Positions 39,400-50,700 of a stretch of DNA of 64,000 nucleotides are shown piece by piece. Made by a program: the position numbers and the translations under genes. How positions within the stretch are numbered: the stretch's first letter is position 1; every line of letters starts with the position of its first letter. The DNA comes from Eledone cirrhosa (Eukaryota). The notes under the pieces were generated by a model, which ran no database searches, was not told the DNA's origin, and was given only the letters and a program-made list of their open reading frames with translations. Location of the stretch: NCBI GenBank assembly GCA_964016885.1, contig OZ024740.1, positions 18,414,001 through 18,478,000 on the forward strand, read 5' to 3'.

Positions 39400-42300
39400 A
39401 CTGGTGCAGTAATACGTCAGTTTCAATAGTCAGTGGTTCAGTAATACGTCAGTTTCAGTAGTCACTGGTGCAGTAATACGTCAGTTTCAGTAGTCAGTGG
39501 TGCAGTAATACGTCAGTTTCAGTAGTCAGTGGTGCAGTTATACGCCAGTTTCAGTAGTCACTGGTGCAGTAATACGTCAGTTTCAGTAGTCAGTGGTGCA
39601 GTAATACGTCAGTTTCAGTAGTCAGTGGTGCAGTAATACGCCAGTTTCAGTAGTCACTGGTGCAGTAATACGTCAGTTTCAGTAGTCACTGGTGCAGTAA
39701 TACGCCAGTTTCAGTAGTCACTGGTGCAGTAATACGCCAGTTTCAGTAGTCACTGATGCAGTAATACGCCAGTTTCAGTAGTCAGTGGTGCAGTAATACG
39801 TCAGTTTCAGTAGTCAGTGGTGCAGTAATACGCCAGTTTCAGTAGTCACTGGTGCAGTAATACGTCAGTTTCAGTAGTCAGTGGTGCAGTAATACGTCAG
39901 TTTCAGTAGTCAGTGGTGCAGTAATACGCCAGTTTCAGTAGTCACTGGTGCAGTAATACGTCAGTTTCAGTAGTCAGTGGTGCAGTAATACGCCAGTTTC
40001 AGTAGTCACTGGCGCAGTAATACGTCAGTTTCAGTAGTCACTGGTGCAGTAATACGTCAGTTTCAGTAGTCACTGGTGCAGTAATACGTCAGTTACAGTA
40101 GTCACTGGTGCAGTAATACGTCAGTTTCAGTAGTCAGTGGTGCAGTAATACGTCATTTACAGTAGTCAGTGGTGCAGTAATACGTCAGTTTCAGTAGTCA
40201 CTGGTGCAGTAATACGTCAGTTTCAGTAGTCACTGGTGCAGTAATACGTCAGTTTCAGTAGTCAGTGGTGCAGTAATGGGTCAGTTTCAGTAGTCACTGG
40301 TGCAGTAATACGTCGGTTTCAGTAGTCAGTGGTGCAGTAATGGGTCAGTTTCAGTAGTCACTGGTGCAGTAATACGTCAGTTTCAGTAGTCAGTGGTGCA
40401 GTAATACGTCAGTTTCAGTAGTCACTGGTGCAGTAATACGTCAGTTTCAGTAGTCAGTGGTGCAGTAATACATCAGTTTCAGTAGTCACTGGTGCAGTAA
40501 TACGTCAGTTTCAGTAGTCAGTGGTGCAGTAATACGTCAGTTACAGTAGTCAGTGGTGCAGTAATACGTCAGTTTCAGTAGTCACTGGTGCAGTAATGGG
40601 TCAGTTTCAGTAGTCACTGGTGCAGTAATAGGTCAGTTTCAGTAGTCACTGGTGCAGTAATACGCCAGTTTCAGTAGTCAGTGGTGCAGTAATACGTCAG
40701 TTTCAGTAGTCACTGGTGCAGTAATACGTCAGTTTCAGTAGTCAGTGGTGCAGTAATGGGTCAGTTTCAGTAGTCACTGGTGCAGTAATACGCCAGTTTC
40801 AGTAGTCACTGGTGCAGTAATACGTCAGTTTCAGTAGTCAGTGGTGCAGTAATACGTCAGTTTCAGTAGTCAGTGGTGCAGTAATACGTCAGTTTCAGTA
40901 GTCACTGGTGCAGTAATACGTCAGTTTCAGTAGTCAGTGGTGCAGTAATACGTCAGTTTCAGTAGTCACTGGTGCAGTAATACGTCAGTTTCAGTAGTCA
41001 CTGGTGTAGTAATGGGTCAGTTTCAGTAGTCACTGGTGCAGTAATACGTCAGTTACAGTAGTCACTGGTGCAGTAATACGTCAGTTTCAGTAGTCAGTGG
41101 TGCAGTAATACGTCAGTTACAGTAGTCAGTGGTGCAGTAATACGTCAGTTTCAGTAGTCACTGGTGCAGTAATACGTCAGTTTCAGTAGTCAGTGGTGCA
41201 GTAATACGTCAGTTACAGTAGTCAGTGGTGCAGTAATACGTCAGTTTCAGTAGTCACTGGTGCAGTAATACGTCAGTTACAGTAGTCACTGGTGCAGTAA
41301 TACGTCAGTTTCAGTAGTCAGTGGTTCAGTAATACGTCGGTTTCAGTAGTCAGTGGTGCAGTAATGGGTCAGTTTCAGTAGTCACTGGTGCAGTAATACG
41401 TCAGTTTCAGTAGTCAGTGGTGCAGTAATACGTCAGTTTCAGTAGTCACTGGTGCAGTAATACGTCAGTTTCAGTAGTCAATGGTGCAGTAATACATCAG
41501 TTTCAGTAGTGACTGGTGCAGTAATACGTCAGTTTCAGTAGTCAGTGGTGCAGTAATACGTCAGTTACAGTAGTCAGTGGTGCAGTAATACGTCAGTTTC
41601 AGTAGTCACTGGTGCAGTAATGGGTCAGTTTCAGTAGTCACTGGTGCAGTAATAGGTCAGTTTCAGTAGTCACTGGTGCAGTAATACGTCAGTTTCAGTA
41701 ATCAGTGGTGCAGTAATGGGTCAGTTTCAGTAGTCACTGGTGCAGTAATACGCCAGTTTCAGTAGTCAGTGGTGCAGTAATACGTCAGTTACAGTAGTCA
41801 GTGGTGCAGTAATACGTCAGTTTCAGTAGTCACTGGTGCAGTAATACGTCAGTTACAGTAGTCACTGGTGCAGTAATACGTCAGTTTCAGTAGTCAGTGG
41901 TTCAGTAATACGTCAGTTTCAGTAGTCAGTGGTGCAGTAATACGTCAGTTTCAGTAGTCACTGGTGCAGTAATACGTCAGTTTCAGTAGTCACTGGTGTA
42001 GTAATGGGTCAGTTTCAGTAGTCACTGGTGCAGTAATACGTCAGTTACAGTAGTCACTGGTGCAGTAATACGTCAGTTTCAGTAGTCAGTGGTGCAGTAA
42101 TACGTCAGTTACAGTAGTCAGTGGTGCAGTAATACGTCAGTTTCAGTAGTCACTGGTGCAGTAATACGTCAGTTTCAGTAGTCAGTGGTGCAGTAATACG
42201 TCAGTTACAGTAGTCAGTGGTGCAGTAATACGTCAGTTTCAGTAGTCACTGGTGCAGTAATACGTCAGTTACAGTAGTCACTGGTGCAGTAATACGTCAG

Positions 42301-45300
42301 TTTCAGTAGTCAGTGGTTCAGTAATACGTCGGTTTCAGTAGTCAGTGGTGCAGTAATGGGTCAGTTTCAGTAGTCACTGGTGCAGTAATACGTCAGTTTC
42401 AGTAGTCAGTGGTGCAGTAATACGTCAGTTTCAGTAGTCACTGGTGCAGTAATACGTCAGTTTCAGTAGTCAATGGTGCAGTAATACATCAGTTTCAGTA
42501 GTGACTGGTGCAGTAATACGTCAGTTTCAGTAGTCAGTGGTGCAGTAATACGTCAGTTACAGTAGTCAGTGGTGCAGTAATACGTCAGTTTCAGTAGTCA
42601 CTGGTGCAGTAATGGGTCAGTTTCAGTAGTCACTGGTGCAGTAATAGGTCAGTTTCAGTAGTCACTGGTGCAGTAATACGTCAGTTTCAGTAATCAGTGG
42701 TGCAGTAATGGGTCAGTTTCAGTAGTCACTGGTGCAGTAATACGCCAGTTTCAGTAGTCACTGGTGCAGTAATACGTCAGTTTCAGTAGTCAGTGGTGCA
42801 GTAATACGTCAGTTTCAGTAGTCAGTGGTGCAGTAATACGTCAGTTTCAGTAGTCACTGGTGCAGTAATACGTCAGTTTCAGTAGTCAGTGGTGCAGTAA
42901 TACGTCAGTTTCAGTAGTCACTGGTGCAGTAATACGTCAGTTTCAGTAGTCACTGGTGTAGTAATGGGTCAGTTTCAGAAGTCAGTGGTGCAGTAATACG
43001 TCAGTTTCAGTAGTCACTGGAGCAGTAATACGCCAGTTTCAGTAGTCACTGGTGCAGTAATACGTCTGTTTCAGTAGTCATTGGTGCAGTAATACGTCAG
43101 TTTCAGTAGTCAGTGGTGCAGTAATACGTCAGTTTCAGTAGTCACTGGTGCAGTAATACGTCAGTTTCAGTAGTCACTGGTGCAGTAATACGTCAGTTTC
43201 AGTAGTCACTGGTGCAGTAATACGTCAGTTTCAGTAGTCACTGGTGCAGTAATACGTCAGTTTCAGTAGTCACTGGTGCAGTAATACGTCAGTTTCAGTA
43301 GTCACTGGTGCAGTAATGGGTCAGTTTCAGTAGTCAGTGGTGCAGTAATACGTCAGTTTCAGTAGTCAGTGGTGCAGTAATGGGTCAGTTTCAGTAGTCT
43401 CTGGTGCAGTAATACGCCAGTTTCAGTAGTCAGTGGTGCAGTAATACGTCAGTTTCAGTAGTCACTGGTGCAGTAATACGTCAGTTTCAGTAGTCAGTGG
43501 TGCAGTAATGGGTCAGTTTCAGTAGTCTCTGGTGCAGTAATACGCCAGTTTCAGTAGTCAGTGGTGCAGTAATACGTCAGTTTCAGTAGTCAGTGGTGCA
43601 GTAATACGTCAGTTTCAGTAGTCAGTGGTGCAGTAATGGGTCAGTTTCAGTAGTCTCTGGTGCAGTAATACGCCAGTTTCAGTAGTCAGTGGTTCAGTAA
43701 TACGTCAGTTTCAGTAGTCACTGGTGCAGTAATACGTCAGTTTCAGTAGTCAGTGGTGCAGTAATACGTCAGTTTCAGTAGTCACTGGTGCAGTAATACG
43801 TCAGTTTCAGTAGTCAGTGGTGCAGTAATGGGTCAGTTTCAGTAGTCACTGGTGCAGTAATACGCCAGTTTCAGTAGTCACTGGTGCAGTAATGGGTCAT
43901 TTTCAGTAGTCAGTGGTGCAGTAATACGCCAGTTTCAGTAGTCAGTGGTGCAGTAATACGTCAGTTTCAGTAGTCACTGGTGCAGTAATACGTCAGTTTC
44001 AGTAGTCAGTGGTGCAGTAATACGTCAGTTTCAGTAGTCACTGGTGCAGTAATACGCCAGTTTCAGTAGTCACTGGTGCAGTAATGGGTCATTTTCAGTA
44101 GTCAGTGGTGCAGTAATACGCCAGTTTCAGTAGTCAGTGGTGCAGTAATACGTCAGTTTCAGTAGTCACTGGTGCAGTAATACGTCAGTTTCAGTAGTCA
44201 CTGGTGCAGTAATACGTCAGTTTCAGTAGTCAGTGGTGCAGTAATACGCCAGTTTCAGTAGTCAGTGGTGCAGTAATACGTCAGTTTCAGTAGTCACTGG
44301 TGCAGTAATACGTCAGTTTCAGTAGACACTGGTGCAGTAATACGTCAGTTTCAGTAGTCAGTGGTGCAGTAATACGCCAGTTTCAGTAGTCACTGGTGCA
44401 GTAATACGTCAGTTTCAGTAGTCACTGGTGCAGTAATACGCCAGTTTCAGTAGTCACTGGTGCAGTAATACGCCAGTTTCAGTAGTCACTGGTACAGTAA
44501 TACGCCAGTTTCAGTAGTCACTGGTGCAGTAATGGGTCATTTTCAGTAGTCAGTGGTGCAGTAATACGCCAGTTTCAGTAGTCAGTGGTGCAGTAATACG
44601 TCAGTTTCAGTAGTCACTGGTGCAGTAATACGTCAGTTTCAGTAGTCACTGGTGCAGTAATACGTCAGTTTCAGTAGTCAGTGGTGCAGTAATACGCCAG
44701 TTTCAGTAGTCAGTGGTGCAGTAATACGTCAGTTTCAGTAGTCACTGGTGCAGTAATACGTCAGTTTCAGTAGTCAGTGGTGCAGTAATACGCCAGTTTC
44801 AGTAGTCACTGGTGCAGTAATACGTCAGTTTCAGTAGTCACTGGTGCAGTAATACGCCAGTTTCAGTAGTCACTGGTGCAGTAATACGCCAGTTTCAGTA
44901 GTCACTGGTGCAGTAATACGCCAGTTTCAGTAGTCACTGGTGCAGTAATACGTCAGTTTCAGTAGTCAGTGGTGCAGTAATACGCCAGTTTCAGTAGTCA
45001 CTGGTGCAGTAATACGTCAGTTTCAGTAGTCAGTGGTGAAGTAATACGTCAGTTTCAGTAGTCAGTGGTGCAGTAATACGCCAGTTTCAGTAGTCACTGG
45101 TGCAGTAATACGTCAGTTTCAGTAGTCACTGGTGCAGTAATACGCCAGTTTCAGTAGTCACTGGTGCAGTAATACGTCAGTTTCAGTAGTCAGTGGTGCA
45201 GTAATACGTCAGTTTCAGTAGTCACTGGTGCAGTAATACGTCAGTTTCAGTAGTCAGTGGTGCAGTAATACGCCAGTTTCAGTAGTCAGTGGTGCAGTAA

Positions 45301-48300
45301 TACGTCAGTTTCAATAGTCAGTGGTTCAGTAATACGTCAGTTTCAGTAGTCAGTGGTGCAGTAATACGTCAGTTTCAATAGTCAGTGGTTCAGTAATACG
45401 CCAGTTTCAGTAGTCAGTGGTGCAGTAATACGTCAGTTTCAATAGTCAGTGGTTCAGTAATACGTCAGTTTCAGTAGTCAGTGGTGCAGTAATACGTCAG
45501 TTTCAGTAGTCACTGGTGCAGTAATACGTCAGTTTCAATAGTCAGTGGTGCAGTAATACGTCAGTTTCAGTAGTCAGTGGTGCAGTAATACGTCAGTTTC
45601 AGTAGTCACTGGTGCAGTAATACGTCAGTTTCAGTAGTCAGTGGTGCAGTAATACGTCAGTTTCAGTAGTCACTGGTGCAGTAATACGTCAGTTTCAATA
45701 GTCAGTGGTTCAGTAATACGTCAGTTTCAGTAGTCAGTGGTGCAGTAATACGTCAGTTTCAGTAGTCACTGGTGCAGTAATACGTCAGTTTCAGTAGTCA
45801 GTGGTGCAGTAATACGTCAGTTTCAGTAGTCACTGGTGCAGTAATACGTCAGTTTCAATAGTCAGTGGTTCAGTAATACGTCAGTTTCAGTAGTCACTGG
45901 TGCAGTAATACGTCAGTTTCAGTAGTCAGTGGTGCAGTAATACGTCAGTTTCAGTAGTCAGTGGTGCAGTAATACGCCAGTTTCAGTAGTCACTGGTGCA
46001 GTAATACGTCAGTTTCAGTAGTCAGTGGTGCAGTAATACGTCAGTTTCAGTAGTCAGTGGTGCAGTAATACGCCAGTTTCAGTAGTCACTGGTGCAGTAA
46101 TACGCCAGTTTCAGTAGTCACTGGTGCAGTAATACGCCAGTTTCAGTAGTCACTGGTGCAGTAATACGCCAGTTTCAGTAGTCAGTGGTGCAGTAATACG
46201 TCAGTTTCAGTAGTCAGTGGTGCAGTAATACGCCAGTTTCAGTAGTCACTGGTGCAGTAATACGTCAGTTTCAGTAGTCAGTGGTGCAGTAATACGTCAG
46301 TTTCAGTAGTCAGTGGTGCAGTAATACGCCAGTTTCAGTAGTCACTGGTGCAGTAATACGTCAGTTTCAGTAGTCAGTGGTGCAGTAATACGCCAGTTTC
46401 AGTAGTCACTGGCGCAGTAATACGTCAGTTTCAGTAGTCACTGGTGCAGTAATACGTCAGTTTCAGTAGTCACTGGTGCAGTAATACGTCAGTTACAGTA
46501 GTCACTGGTGCAGTAATACGTCAGTTTCAGTAGTCAGTGGTGCAGTAATACGTCATTTACAGTAGTCAGTGGTGCAGTAATACGTCAGTTTCAGTAGTCA
46601 CTGGTGCAGTAATACGTCAGTTTCAGTAGTCACTGGTGCAGTAATACGTCAGTTTCAGTAGTCAGTGGTGCAGTAATGGGTCAGTTTCAGTAGTCACTGG
46701 TGCAGTAATACGTCGGTTTCAGTAGTCAGTGGTGCAGTAATGGGTCAGTTTCAGTAGTCACTGGTGCAGTAATACGTCAGTTTCAGTAGTCAGTGGTGCA
46801 GTAATACGTCAGTTTCAGTAGTCACTGGTGCAGTAATACGTCAGTTTCAGTAGTCAGTGGTGCAGTAATACATCAGTTTCAGTAGTCACTGGTGCAGTAA
46901 TACGTCAGTTTCAGTAGTCAGTGGTGCAGTAATACGTCAGTTACAGTAGTCAGTGGTGCAGTAATACGTCAGTTTCAGTAGTCACTGGTGCAGTAATGGG
47001 TCAGTTTCAGTAGTCACTGGTGCAGTAATAGGTCAGTTTCAGTAGTCACTGGTGCAGTAATACGCCAGTTTCAGTAGTCAGTGGTGCAGTAATGGGTCAG
47101 TTTCAGTAGTCACTGGTGCAGTAATACGTCAGTTTCAGTAGTCAGTGGTGCAGTAATGGGTCAGTTTCAGTAGTCACTGGTGCAGTAATACGCCAGTTTC
47201 AGTAGTCACTGGTGCAGTAATACGTCAGTTTCAGTAGTCAGTGGTGCAGTAATACGTCAGTTTCAGTAGTCAGTGGTGCAGTAATACGTCAGTTTCAGTA
47301 GTCACTGGTGCAGTAATACGTCAGTTTCAGTAGTCAGTGGTGCAGTAATACGTCAGTTTCAGTAGTCACTGGTGCAGTAATACGTCAGTTTCAGTAGTCA
47401 CTGGTGTAGAAATGGGTCAGTTTCAGTAGTCACTGGTGCAGTAATACGTCAGTTACAGTAGTCACTGGTGCAGTAATACGTCAGTTTCAGTAGTCAGTGG
47501 TGCAGTAATACGTCAGTTACAGTAGTCAGTGGTGCAGTAATACGTCAGTTTCAGTAGTCACTGGTGCAGTAATGGGTCAGTTTCAGTAGTCAGTGGTGCA
47601 GTAATACGTCAGTTACAGTAGTCAGTGGTGCAGTAATACGTCAGTTTCAGTAGTCACTGGTGCAGTAATACGTCAGTTACAGTAGTCACTGGTGCAATAA
47701 TACGTCAGTTTCAGTAGTCAGTGGTGCAGTAATACGTCAGTTTCAGTAGTCAGTGGTTCAGTAATACGTCGGTTTCAGTAGTCAGTGGTGCAGTAATGGG
47801 TCAGTTTCAGTAGTCACTGGTGCAGTAATACGTCAGTTTCAGTAGTCAGTGGTGCAGTAATACGTCAGTTTCAGTAGTCACTGGTGCAGTAATACGTCAG
47901 TTTCAGTAGTCAATGGTGCAGTAATACATCAGTTTCAGTAGTGACTGGTGCAGTAATACGTCAGTTTCAGTAGTCAGTGGTGCAGTAATACGTCAGTTAC
48001 AGTAGTCAGTGGTGCAGTAATACGTCAGTTTCAGTAGTCACTGGTGCAGTAATGGGTCAGTTTCAGTAGTCACTGGTGCAGTAATAGGTCAGTTTCAGTA
48101 GTCACTGGTGCAGTAATACGCCAGTTTCAGTAGTCAGTGGTGCAGTAATGGGTCAGTTTCAGTAGTCACTGGTGCAGTAATACGTCAGTTTCAGTAATCA
48201 GTGGTGCAGTAATGGGTCAGTTTCAGTAGTCACTGGTGCAGTAATACGCCAGTTTCAGTAGTCACTGGTGCAGTAATACGTCAGTTTCAGTAGTCAGTGG

Positions 48301-50700
48301 TGCAGTAATACGTCAGTTTCAGTAGTCAGTGGTGCAGTAATACGTCAGTTTCAGTAGTCACTGGTGCAGTAATACGTCAGTTTCAGTAGTCAGTGGTGCA
48401 GTAATACGTCAGTTTCAGTAGTCACTGGTGCAGTAATACGTCAGTTTCAGTAGTCACTGGTGTAGTAATGGGTCAGTTTCAGAAGTCAGTGGTGCAGTAA
48501 TACGTCAGTTTCAGTAGTCACTGGAGCAGTAATACGCCAGTTTCAGTAGTCACTGGTGCAGTAATACGTCTGTTTCAGTAGTCATTGGTGCAGTAATACG
48601 TCAGTTTCAGTAGTCAGTGGTGCAGTAATACGTCAGTTTCAGTAGTCACTGGTGCAGTAATACGTCAGTTTCAGTAGTCACTGGTGCAGTAATACGTCAG
48701 TTTCAGTAGTCACTGGTGCAGTAATACGTCAGTTTCAGTAGTCACTGGTGCAGTAATACGTCAGTTTCAGTAGTCACTGGTGCAGTAATACGTCAGTTTC
48801 AGTAGTCACTGGTGCAGTAATGGGTCAGTTTCAGTAGTCAGTGGTGCAGTAATACGTCAGTTTCAGTAGTCAGTGGTGCAGTAATGGGTCAGTTTCAGTA
48901 GTCTCTGGTGCAGTAATACGCCAGTTTCAGTAGTCAGTGGTGCAGTAATACGTCAGTTTCAGTAGTCACTGGTGCAGTAATACGTCAGTTTCAGTAGTCA
49001 GTGGTGCAGTAATGGGTCAGTTTCAGTAGTCTCTGGTGCAGTAATACGCCAGTTTCAGTAGTCAGTGGTGCAGTAATACGTCAGTTTCAGTAGTCAGTGG
49101 TGCAGTAATACGTCAGTTTCAGTAGTCAGTGGTGCAGTAATGGGTCAGTTTCAGTAGTCTCTGGTGCAGTAATACGCCAGTTTCAGTAGTCAGTGGTTCA
49201 GTAATACGTCAGTTTCAGTAGTCAGTGGTGCAGTAATACGTCAGTTTCAGTAGTCAGTGGTGCAGTAATACGTCAGTTTCAGTAGTCACTGGTGCAGTAA
49301 TACGTCAGTTTCAGTAGTCAGTGGTGCAGTAATGGGTCAGTTTCAGTAGTCACTGGTGCAGTAATACGCCAGTTTCAGTAGTCACTGGTGCAGTAATGGG
49401 TCATTTTCAGTAGTCAGTGGTGCAGTAATACGCCAGTTTCAGTAGTCAGTGGTGCAGTAATACGTCAGTTTCAGTAGTCACTGGTGCAGTAATACGTCAG
49501 TTTCAGTAGTCAGTGGTGCAGTAATACGTCAGTTTCAGTAGTCACTGGTGCAGTAATACGCCAGTTTCAGTAGTCACTGGTGCAGTAATGGGTCATTTTC
49601 AGTAGTCAGTGGTGCAGTAATACGCCAGTTTCAGTAGTCAGTGGTGCAGTAATACGTCAGTTTCAGTAGTCACTGGTGCAGTAATACGTCAGTTTCAGTA
49701 GTCACTGGTGCAGTAATACGTCAGTTTCAGTAGTCAGTGGTGCAGTAATACGCCAGTTTCAGTAGTCAGTGGTGCAGTAATACGTCAGTTTCAGTAGTCA
49801 CTGGTGCAGTAATACGTCAGTTTCAGTAGACACTGGTGCAGTAATACGTCAGTTTCAGTAGTCAGTGGTGCAGTAATACGCCAGTTTCAGTAGTCACTGG
49901 TGCAGTAATACGTCAGTTTCAGTAGTCACTGGTGCAGTAATACGCCAGTTTCAGTAGTCACTGGTGCAGTAATACGCCAGTTTCAGTAGTCACTGGTACA
50001 GTAATACGCCAGTTTCAGTAGTCACTGGTGCAGTAATGGGTCATTTTCAGTAGTCAGTGGTGCAGTAATACGCCAGTTTCAGTAGTCAGTGGTGCAGTAA
50101 TACGTCAGTTTCAGTAGTCACTGGTGCAGTAATACGTCAGTTTCAGTAGTCACTGGTGCAGTAATACGTCAGTTTCAGTAGTCAGTGGTGCAGTAATACG
50201 CCAGTTTCAGTAGTCAGTGGTGCAGTAATACGTCAGTTTCAGTAGTCACTGGTGCAGTAATACGTCAGTTTCAGTAGTCAGTGGTGCAGTAATACGCCAG
50301 TTTCAGTAGTCACTGGTGCAGTAATACGTCAGTTTCAGTAGTCACTGGTGCAGTAATACGCCAGTTTCAGTAGTCACTGGTGCAGTAATACGCCAGTTTC
50401 AGTAGTCACTGGTGCAGTAATACGCCAGTTTCAGTAGTCACTGGTGCAGTAATACGTCAGTTTCAGTAGTCAGTGGTGCAGTAATACGCCAGTTTCAGTA
50501 GTCACTGGTGCAGTAATACGTCAGTTTCAGTAGTCAGTGGTGAAGTAATACGTCAGTTTCAGTAGTCAGTGGTGCAGTAATACGCCAGTTTCAGTAGTCA
50601 CTGGTGCAGTAATACGTCAGTTTCAGTAGTCACTGGTGCAGTAATACGCCAGTTTCAGTAGTCACTGGTGCAGTAATACGTCAGTTTCAGTAGTCAGTGG
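39400..50700. repeat. Duplicated block (~39.4-45.2 kb and ~45.8-50.7 kb); offset 6,400 then 5,504 bp, mainly because copy 1 carries an internal 992-bp duplication
   Basis: CGTCATTTAC 40151/46551 (+6400). AGAAGTC 42977/48481, AGTAGAC 44321/49825, GGTACAG 44491/49995 and CAGTGGTGAA 45031/50535 (all +5504). Internal +992: ATGGTG..GTGACT 41481/42473, ATCAGTGG 41701/42693, CTGGTGTAG 41001/41993. Confidence 0.9.
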
